Below are positions 41,001 to 53,000 of a stretch of 64,000 nucleotides of DNA, piece after piece; position 1 is the stretch's first letter, and each line of letters begins with the position of its first letter. Below the pieces are notes generated by a model. It had not been told where the DNA came from. It ran no database searches and saw nothing but the letters and a program-made list of their open reading frames with translations. The translations under genes were made by a program, and so were the position numbers. The DNA is from Owenia fusiformis (Eukaryota). The DNA is taken from positions 3,100,001-3,164,000 of the forward strand of contig CAIIXF020000001.1 in NCBI GenBank assembly GCA_903813345.2, in the 5' to 3' direction.

Positions 41001-44000
41001 CATGCTCTGACATAGCATACCAGTGTATTCCTTCAGTCATACAATATTGTAATACCTTGATGGATCAAGATGCTTATAAGACAGTTAAAGTCGTAGAAAC
41101 CTTAGCAATAGCGAATGTGTTTGAATATTGTTACAATATAACTGTATTGAATTTTTCTATGTTGATGTGTTTATGTTATATATCTACAATAAAATTTTTA
41201 TATTTCAAAATTCCATACAGCTAAGTCACCGGACATTTTGTAGACTAATAATATAACAGACTTCTGGTTTTGTTCCATACACAATTTAGATAAGGATTGT
41301 GAACTTAAGATTTTATGAAGAGAGTTATTTATATCTATATAATTACGTTTTGAGTTGGAGGAAACTTACTCAATATCACTTTGATGTCTCGGTCACCTGG
41401 CCATAAAAGGCATTTGCTTAATATGATATTTATTTTTTACAGGTTGTTTCCATTAACGGGGTGATACAGGCATGTGAAGTGTTTGGCTATGCATGGACCT
41501 CAAGGATGACACGGGGTGGAAGAGGGGCAAGGGTTGGTGCAAGTCCCGGGGTGCAAGTCTGCACTCCCAGACTCCAGATAGGAGTGAAACGCATCATGGG
41601 ATTAAATGCATTCGTTGAAGTTTACAGAAACAGTTGAATATAATTCAGAATTTAAGTGAATCCACATGATCATTTGCGTTCAACAATGCGTTTATAGAGA
41701 GGTTTCGCAAGTTTTTGGCTCAATGTGTTGTGTTCACCAGATTTATTACCCTTTACATTCGACTTCACTTCTTAATTAAAAGAGAGCTTCATCTTCTGTA
41801 GTTTATTTCTAGGCCTCTGCGCGTAGGGTACAGCACTTAAACGAGTTGAGGTTAATCCATTGTGCGAAACCTCTCTAATACCAGAGGGGTTATTCATCAA
41901 GCTAAATGACCCCTCGAGGCGATATATGTGTTATGTTACAGTTACATGTTACAGTTACATGTTAAATTGTTAAGACTTGAAAGTTAATAATTAAGTTTTT
42001 TTGCGTTATCTTTCAGATACTTATAATTAGTACACGTTGCTCTCTATGTTGGCGGTGATGACACGTTCTGCTTTCTTTTCAAGAAGCTGCAGTCTAATCT
42101 TTAAATGTTACATTCATAATTTAAAAAAAGCTTTGTTTTGATTTATTATTTAAAAAAATATTGTGGCTTGCTAATCGCACCCCCACCCCATTCTGACTGA
42201 AAATCGAATTTTTAAGGGGCAATCGCATCCCCCCTGACTGAAAGTTGACTACGCCCCTGTGTTTCCCTTTGTCCCCTTTCATTTATCTTCTGTAAACTTG
42301 TTTGAACAAATTAATACTAGTACTACAAAGATAACTTCATTCGAAACGCATGCAATTCACTCCAATATTATATTTATTCATGTATTTGCATTAGTGAGGG
42401 AAAGGGATTTGATTATAAAATTGACGGTGGTTGCGAAGTTGTGATTTGGGAGGGAGGGGTATACTATACTAAGGTGTTATAAGACCCAATAATTAATATA
42501 AACAACTGAGCGCCTTCCTGATTGCATCCCAGCTCATCCTGTCCGCCAGTCTATCTCGATCGCATTTGATCAATGAATTCCTGATTAAACTGACTCTTGA
42601 TTTTAAAATAGGAATTCTAAATCTGTTACTAGGATTTAAAAGTTGGTGTCTATTATGATACTGGAAATTGGAATACTATATTTTGTATTACTATTCTATC
42701 TCGATCTATAGTATATAAATATGAATTTCTAGGTCTACAGTCCCACATGGGCTTCATTGAAACATACGACAAAGTTTATCCATTTCAAACAAGCCAGGAA
42801 AACAGATAACTAGTCTTGCATCAGGCCCCGCAAATGTCCAATTTTCTCTCGGGAAATACATAAATATCAGAGACATATTTCATAGCCAGAGGCCAAAAAT
42901 GTCAAAATCGATATAAAATCTAAAAAGGATAAAATGTCCCCTCGAATACGGTACCTAGGTAATTAAATCTAATATTTCATAGTTCCCGCATAATAAGCAT
43001 AAAACTTTCATTTACCGCTGTATCGAAATTCACGTGATCCCTTATTGAAGTTTTACTAAATAATTGAGTTTGATCATTTAATGCTGTTGGATAGAATATT
43101 AGGCTGAAAAGAATCAAAATTTTAGCCCATGTCTAAGCGAATGGTATAAATTCACATAATTCTGATTACAATGAGAATGCTAAAAAAAAATCCTGGCATT
43201 TCCTTTACTCTACGTTTATAATCACGTATCATGCTTATTAACTAGATCAATACAGACTCGATTTCCTTTGCCCACCTTCAACATTGTTATGTAATGACGG
43301 GAAACAGTCACTGTAATCTTCTAATCAGCCGTTTGTTTTTATTGTAATTAGGAAACTAATCAATTTTGATTTCGTATTGTTTCAATGAACAAAAAGCACA
43401 TTAGTTCAGCATTTCAAGGAAGGGGGGGGGGTGTAAACAATTACTGACTGTCAAGTACATGTATCTCTCACGAGGCCCTATTTCCACAACCCTCCACTCA
43501 TGCATACGCCTATCATATAATGGATAGGGAAATATATAACATTCCAACAGATACTGTCTTGACCTCCTACCCTTTTACACCGGGTCTCTTCTTGAACCCC
43601 TCCCATATTCTAATGTTTCTCGAAACTGCTCATGTTAACTTTGTAAGGCAATGTAGGGTTTGCTACGGGTGTGACTTGCAATGTATAACTTACTTGTACT
43701 TGTATAAGAAATAAAAACAAATAAACAAACATAAAAACTTGTGCTCATAATTAATACGGTGATAAGCAACAAAAGGTTAAAATAAAAATTTTCAAAAACA
43801 GCCATGCACTACCCTGCATTTTAGCTGAAATTAAGTTTATTCCAAATAACTTATGTAACGAAATGGAAATGATTCGAAAAATAACAATTCGATGAACATT
43901 TCACAATGAAGCAAACAAAACCAGATAGTAAAGAATTATTCTAATTTAAACCGACGTGAATCCTCAACCCTAAAGAGTTTTCGTTTTCGGTCAGGGGGGG

Positions 44001-47000
44001 GGGTGCGATTTTGCCATAAGCAACACAAAAAATTAAGTTTTCTTTTGAATTTTACAAAAATTGATGCAACTTCCTTCAAAATTGAGCTAGAAGCTTCAAA
44101 TAAAAAGCATTTTAAAGCTCTTTTCTACCTCTATCCAATGGTCATATTTTCAAAGGTTATGGGGGGGGGGGGTGCGATCGCACCCATCGCACCCCCCCTG
44201 GCTACGCCCATGCTGGTGACATTTGAAAGACTAATTTCTTAATCTAATTTCAACAAAACAAATCAAAACCTAAACAGGTTGACGGTCGTTGTAGATTATA
44301 GACCATGCTAACAAAGTTTAAACATTTTATTTACGGCTTATTTAAAACATGCAAACGGGTGTATTTACTGAAGGAATATGTTAGGAAATATATTTAAAGT
44401 GTATTCATGCCTGCAATCATCGCTGGTCACACCTGAAAAACAACTTCTTAAAATACAAACATAATTCACTGCACTGCTGTATACGTCTACCTGCTCTCAA
44501 ATCTAATAATGAAACGAAAAAAAATAATGCATGCCAAACTTTTATCTATTGTAATATTATCTATGGTTATTTCAAAGTTTTACTCTTGCATCAAGCAACT
44601 GTGCCATTTCCCCAACAGTCCTGTCTTTAAGGACTAACACTTTACTTGAGGCAAGATGCATAAACTTGAACTCCCTGGGCTATAACTCAATTGTCACTGC
44701 TTGTGTGTCATACTCATTGGCACCTGCAAAACAGAATAATATAATAAGAATAACATCATGATGATATCAGATATCATATTTCATTTGGAGCCTTAAATAT
44801 TAAACAAGGCATAAACATGAAAAATGTCACCACCCGCCATTTGTTACAGACGCTGAACGCCGACCCCAGACGCTAAACACCGTACATAAAAAAGTTGGAG
44901 ACTTTAACAATATGTGACCACTTTTGGTGGTGACATAAAAAGGGGAAGTCCCGTCTTAATAAAACTCCTGATTTCCAGTTTTTTGTAAACATACACCATT
45001 GCATGTTGATGGTTCGCATGACCTGCAGGTCACGATGACAAATGAATGTTACGTTGTCAATAGAATGTAGGCTAACTAACTTTCACGTAAGGTAGATTCC
45101 CCGGGTAGATTGTGATTATTCCCCCGGGATTAGGCTATTCCAAAGCAAACACCAAAGATACCAAATCGAACTCCCAATGAATTATTGATCGTATCTATCC
45201 TAGGGCCTATCATTTCAATGTAATTTAAAGGCTTACAGGGGTGCTTCAAAATCATCCCTGCGGCCCAAGAGTAATTCATTGCATTGTGACATTCATGAGC
45301 TGCTATGAAAGCAGTGAAGGACCGATCTTGAAGGATGCTTCAAAATCGGGTTCAAATTGTAATATTGAGGCCTACTAATCTTTCATAACACGTGACGCAT
45401 TCTATATTAGCATTAAGAAATGAGAAATGGGCGTAGGAGCGGAGTAAGAGACCCAGGATAAGAAGAACCATTGGGCAAGATGGCCCACCAAGTTTGTTTA
45501 TCATCAAATATACATCGCCTGATATTATCTCCTGACAGGGACAGCATCGATCTCAATGGCCATTGCACTTTGTTTCATTTAGGCGGCACCTTCTCCAAGA
45601 AGAAACTCTTTTAACGGCACCACTTCTGTAAGTCTGTGGTAAAAAACCTCCCGTCCGAAGAAGTTATCTTACAGAACGGCCCCTTTTGACCCTCGGGGGC
45701 CCTTCTTGCCCTGCCATGGCCACACAAAACCATTTCCAGTAGTGACATTTGCGAGTTAATACCAATAAGAATAAAACGGACCGAATAAAACCAATGTCCT
45801 TTTTTCAATAAACATGGCTACATGTATATTTAAAGTTTATATACCCATTCGGGGAAGACAATATAAATAAAACAATGTATTTTAAATTAGCACACAGAAC
45901 AACTTTTAAATAATTACACATTTTTATTAAATTTTTCGAATTCATTTGGTTCGCCTGTGCGCATTTGGCGTAATATATGCGATACGCCAATGTGAGTGTT
46001 AGAATAGAAACATACACATCAATTCCAATTTTCGTTTGATTCCTGTATGATTCCTGAAGGCTGGATTCATTTGTAAACTATATTGCATATGAATCCTGCT
46101 TGAATCCTGGCTACAGGATTCATTTGCAAACTACCTTCTATATGAATCCTGTACGAATCCTGAAGGCTGGATTCATTTGTAAACTATATTGCATATGAAT
46201 CCTGTATGATTCCTGAAGGCAGGATTCATTTGCAAACTACCTTCTATATGAATCCTGTACGAATCCCGAAGGCTGGATTCATTTGTAAACTATATTGCAT
46301 ATGAATCCTGTATGATTCCTGAAGGCAGGATTCATTTGCAAACTACCTTCTATATGAATCCTGTACGAATCCTGAAGGCTGGATTCATTTGTAAACTATA
46401 TTGCATATGAATCCTGTATGATTCCTGAAGGCAGGATTCATTTGTAAACTATTTAAACAGCGAATCCTGTATGAATCCTGGAGGCAGGATTCATACAGGA
46501 TTCATATGTGCATATGAATCCTGTATGAATCCTGACTCCAGGATTCAGTGGTTTGATTCACATTTTTTGCTGTGATGTATTATGGTGAAAGCATGCATTT
46601 TAAAGATGTTATATACCCATTTTACTCGATTTAGATTACGTTTATACTATCTTACTTTATGAAGGCTACTCTTAACGATGGTGAACCAGCAACCCTTCCA
46701 AAAGGTCATGATATCTGAGACATAAAGTCAACACCTGACTGTTTTCGCGCAAAACTGATTTCCTTTTCAGAGCAGAAATTTTACGTCACGTGACACGATT
46801 ATCAAATGAGCTCGATTTGCAGCGAAATACAATTTTAAAAAATAAAACACTGGGCTCAAAAAGAGTTGTTTACTCTTACATTGGACCAATATTGCATGAC
46901 TTACGGCTATTTTAGTTCCTATCCACGCAGGTTTGTAAGTGCATTTCAATTTAGTTGCTCCCACTTTTGCCCATATATCAAAACTCTTACATGGCTTTGA

Positions 47001-50000
47001 TATGAAGGGTTTTGTTACTATAAAATGTTAAAACTAAGTTTCCAAATAACAGGATTCCAACTAGAAATTGGATGACTATTTGCGAGAATCAAATGCTCAA
47101 ATCACGAAGACAATACAATATTTTCAATCGAATGTAGTGTAATGTAACCATGCATTAAAGAGATCAATGAACCGAAGCAAATTCCAAATTCAGGCAGCCA
47201 TTTGCATTTTCTGAAGCACAAATCAGATAAACGACATCATATTTGTGAACTCTTCTAAAATGAGTATAATATAGCCATACTTTGAAGAGATTGGGAAACT
47301 ATTGCGAAATTCCCACATAATTCAACAATTTTGAATTCCCCACCCGAGGTCCAAATCAGGAAAATGATACAATATTTGCAATCTACTCTTAATTGCCTTT
47401 CAATTGAGTATAATAAAGCTACTTCAGAAAGATCTCAAAACAAACGAAAATTTGCTCCCAATACACGGCCCTTCGGAGTCGGACTAAAAACGCAGAATAT
47501 ATGTGAAAGAAAATGTAGTGAATATACATCCAAAATTTCAAACAGTAATATTCATTACTTTTATTGAAAATGAAAAACTCAGATTCTTGAGAAAAATTCC
47601 AGTAAATTTTAATGCGGAGGCCATCTTGGATTTTTTGCTTAAAACTATTCACCGATATCCATTTTCAAGCATATATGGAAGAAATCAGGCAATTAGTATT
47701 CTAGTTATCTTCCAGACGAAGCATACTGACGGATGGACGGATAGACGGAGGGCTTCACTATATTCCTACCTAACTTCGTTCGTTGGGATAACTATAGGCA
47801 TACCTGTCAAAACTTACTGCCAATACGTAATACACCATTGCTATTTATGTCTAAAGATTGGTGTCATATGGTATTAATATAATGGCAAATGCCTTATGTT
47901 ATATTGTCTCTCATTTTTCAAATTAATTAAAGAATTGAATTTTATCTTGTGGTATCTTGTTTCAATATGCAACACCATGTGATGACTAAACCTATTTCTC
48001 AATTGTCGCTTTATATTATGACCAGATGCAAGTAGAAATGATCTTAATTCATGAAATATTCAATATCTAATCGAATTTATATTTTAAAATCTACTGAAAT
48101 CTGTAAAATATCATCTATAAATGAGGTTTTACATGCTTGCAGATAGGTATATCAAAAATAATGGACTAGAAGTTTATTTCAATTGTGGCACCATTCTCAG
48201 TAAAGGAGGGCGAGTTGTTTGTAGAATGAATCGGGGGATTTTTTTCATGAATTTCGCTTATGTTTTTCATCTAAAAAACATCAATACACTTTAAAACATT
48301 TTGTTTACTTTAAGATTACACCATGTAATCCAAAAATATATTTCTCGTTTTCAAAGATAATCCATGGATTAACACCCAGGTATTTTTATTTTTCAAACTT
48401 CAGAGGGCTGGGAATCATTGATGCTCAACGCTTTTGAATATGATAAATGCTGTTTTAAATAGGTTTTACGTATGCCATTAATTTCTCAAATTATGTAAGC
48501 TGAATGCGCCCTAGAATATTCTCTTGGAGGAATCCAATGGTAATCCAATGGTAGTTCCAAGCAGATTTTTAGATGGCAGGTAAGTAAATTCTTTAGTACT
48601 CGCCTTATTGGGTTGAGTTAGTTTATATTCAAAAATTATATATGATTCTGTAAAGATGTCAGTGTGGATGCTATATAGATTGCACACGTATGGTAAGCTG
48701 TATAATCCTATATTATGTAACACGAGTACAGTTTTGGTTGACATGATTGTGACTGAGTGAGAGATTAAACTCTTTAAGGTAGTTCTGCATGTTGATAATT
48801 TTTACTAATTTTGGTGATGAATAAATTATCTGATATTTATAAATTGGGCAAAATTTTTTACATTTTAAGTGGATATAAAGAATTATGGTAACATACACAT
48901 GGACCATGCATACACATACAATTACAAATGTGAAAATATTGTCCCTTTCATTGATTATCGGTATTTATAATCATGAAAATTATTGAAAAATATCGAGACA
49001 TGTCTACCTTAAAATCAAATTGGCTTACAAGTACCCTAAGCTATTTTTACATTTTTATTGCAAGAAAATCTTTTTGCAAGGGTAACAAAGGTTGAAATAT
49101 TGTGGTGGCTCTATTTGGCTGGAGTTTAATATTCAGACCTAGCTATAGGTATTATTACATTTATATGTACACTAGTATCTTGTTGACCTATATTCAGCAC
49201 TGTATTGATGAATGGGCCACTTATTAGGGCCAATATTCAATCATAAAGTGTACAGGGGTAGAGATGCCAAACCAAAAAGTCTTTTTGTGTCTGTCAAAAT
49301 CCATTTGCATCCTACACATCCCAACATATTATCCAAATATGTTATTAATTAATGAAACATAACAGTATAATCTTTGGATTTAGAAAGTTGTATGGGATTT
49401 CATTAGTATAAAAGTTGCTTTTGAAGCATTTTTCTATAGCCATTTTGTAGGAAAAAATGATGGAAAAAATGTATAATCTTTTAATTTGAAGTATGACCTG
49501 AATCGATTGCAAACTTTATATTTGCACATCTGATGTGATATACCATTTGTGTCATACTGTGAAATTATTTAATTTGCAATCGATTCAGGTCATAGTGTAT
49601 TTTAGGTATTTTTGTGAAAATCAATAGAAACCAATGGCCTCAATTGGAATTGATGATATCCACATGTTAAGTCAATGGAGCCCATTCAATGGCAAGTCAA
49701 TACACCCTTGCTGAACTAAATGACCTCAACCTCAGCCCATGTGGGTCCAAACGCCCAAATATTTTCCACAGTATTATGTGACATTGAATTCTTTATGTTA
49801 CACCTAAAAATGATTCATTTTGTTCATGGGGATATCATAATGGAAAGTGCACTAGACCCTTATTGTAATTGTATGATATCGTATTTGTGATTTGAATATA
49901 CACTGTGATATTTGAGAAAAAGAATGTTTTGTTTAAGTTTCATTGCAATTTATAACCCTAATATCCTTCCCAGAATCCTTCCTTGTCTTCCAATTTTCTA

Positions 50001-53000
50001 ATAACCTCAGAAGTTCCTACTTTTTAAAAAAAATGCAATTTTCCATGATCATTTTTATGTCACCACCACAAGTGGTGACATATTGTTATGGTCTCAAACT
50101 ATTTTGTGGACGGTGTTCAGTGGTTGGTGTTTATCATTTGGCAGTTGGTGTTTGGCAGTTGGTGTCTGTAACAAATGGCAGGTGTTGACATTTTGCATGT
50201 GAATGCCTTGTCTTATAATGTAGCCAACTGCAATGGATGTAAAACGGATACAGTTAACTAATACATTTCTTGGCATCAATTCAAATCATATGCTAATTTT
50301 AAATGAAAATGCTTTTTTTCATGTTTTACCACTCATAAATGCCATAATATCTCGATGTCACATTCAGGAAAATATGGCTATCAACAAGTTTTGAATTCTT
50401 ACAATCCTGGAAGTTGTACATGTAAGCGTGCACATCTGTCAGTTCAGTTTATGTGTAAAAGTTAATCCCCTAAGCCTTAATACCTGATGCATGAAATATT
50501 ATGAATAAGTTACATAATATGTACTCGTGCTATTTAGGTAAATGTTGTGCTGTTTCACCAGATTTGACTGACATCTTTAAATAACAACAATTTGATTTGA
50601 TGATCAGACAGCAACAAAACATATTAAGTGGCCAAGACAAAAGAATGTTATTATGATAGGCATTCTAGGGATTAAGGAATGCATTCAGCTTACATAATTT
50701 GAGAAATTATTGGCATACGTAAAACCTATTTAAAACAGCATTTATCGTATTCAAAAGCGTTGAGCATCATTGATTCCCAGCCCTCTGAAGATTGAAAAAT
50801 AAAAATACCTGGGTGTTAATCCCTGGATTATCTTTGAAAATGAGAAATATATTTTTGGATTACATGGTGTAATCTTAAAGTAAACAAAATGTTTTAAAGT
50901 GTATTGATGTTTTTTGGATGAAAAACATAAGCAAAATTCATGAAAAAAATCCCCCGATTCATTCTACAAACAACTCGCCCTCCTTTCGATGAACATGCGA
51001 ATTGTGTATTTTTGGCGCAGTAACTGTGCAGTAACTGTGACGCAGTAACTAGCGCTGATAACGATTTTATTACAATAACGCTTTGCTTTCTGGCATAAAA
51101 TTGTACAAGACATAATTTTTTACATGGATTTGGGCACTCATTTGTTAGTAGCGCCATCTGCAATATATACTTCAAAATATATTGGTCATCACTGAAGAAG
51201 TGAGGCAAGATTATCATAATAGTGCTATGCATTAATGTAAAATATGTAGGATAAAACTATGTCAATGACCAATTTTCATTAAATGACCAACCTGCCTTCT
51301 GTTCACATGTTCGACCACTCAAGCCTTGAGCGCATTTGCATGTAAAACCTGTTTGTGTGGCTGTGCATTTTCCACCATATTTGCATGGATTCGGTACACA
51401 TTTGTTGGTGGTAATAGCTGAAACACATTTATATTAAAAGATATATTTGGCCATCACTGAAGAAGTACGGATAATATAACCATAATAGTGTTATGCATTA
51501 TGTAGAATATGTAGGTGAAAGTGGAATACATGTCTATGACCAATTTACATTAAACTAGATGAAACAGCAACTCCAACAGAACATATTTTGATAATTTGTG
51601 GCCATCCACTGGAATTTGATATTATATTTTTTCCAAATAATGGCAGCCATTTTGAAATTCAGCTGCCATGTTCAAATTTCTTCTTGGACAATGAAAATAT
51701 TTTCTTGAGCAGACCTTAGATAAAGTTAGTTATCAAAGATTACGTTTATAACAAAAAGGCAGCCAATTTGAAATTTAAGTGTCATCTTGAACTTTATTTG
51801 ACCCAAATCCAAATAGGATAGGAAGCCGTTATTCAAACTCGATACTCCGACTAGAACTGCTGAGGAAGCTTGAATACTACCAAAATATTCTTAATGGCCA
51901 TCTTTCAATGAAATACTTGGTCCAGAGAGAACCTTATAGAAATATTTTTACTAAATTGTTCCACTGCAGGCAACGGAGTATCGAGTTTGAATAATGGCTG
52001 CCAATCCTCCTTGAACCACATCCGTTCACTGGTATTGAGTAATCATAAATAATGTTTTTTTCACGAAAAATGGCGGCCATTTTAATATTCAGCGGACTTC
52101 TTCAAAATAACTTCTTGAGCAAAGCTCTTGGCATCAGAATATAGAATTTGAACCAAATCCATCAACTAGTACTGAGTTATCTAAGATTACATGTTTTACG
52201 AAAATTGCAGCCATATTGAATTGAGCGCGATATTGAAAATTCCTTCTCGAGTAGAAGTCCTATATCTCATATATAAGGCATAAGCCTATAAAATTTCAAT
52301 CAAATCCGACAACCGGTATTAAAGTTATCGCCTGGACAGACGGACGGACGAACGGACGTACAGACGGATTTCCTATATCCCCCTCGAACGTCATTCCTTG
52401 GTATAATAACCAACCTGCTCTCTGTTCACATGTTCGACCACTCCAGCCCGAAGCACATTTGCATGTAAAACCTGTTTGGGTGGCTATGCATGTTCCTCGA
52501 TTTTTACATGGATTGGGTGAACATTTATTCTGTGTACATGTTGAACCACTCCAGCCCAAAGCACATTTGCATGTGAAACCTGTCCTTGTGGCTGTGCATG
52601 TTCCTCGATTTTTACATGGATTGGGTGAACATTTGTTGGTAGTAATAGCTGCAATAATTTCATACTACAAAATATATTGGTCATCACTGAAGAAGTGGGT
52701 CAAAAGTACCATTCTAGAGCTATGTGGTAATGTAGAATAATTATGTAGGATAAAACTAGAATAAATGTCAAATACCAAATTTACATGACATGACCAACCT
52801 GCTCTCTGGACACATGTTGGGCCTTTCCAGGCTGGAGCGCATTTGCATGTAAAACCTGTTCGTGTGGCTGTGCATGTACCACGATTTTTACATGGATTGG
52901 GAGAACATTTGTTGGCGGTAATAGCTGCAATACATTTATACTACAAAATATGTTGGCCATCATTAAATAAGTGAGTTAAAATTACCATTCAAGGGCCATG

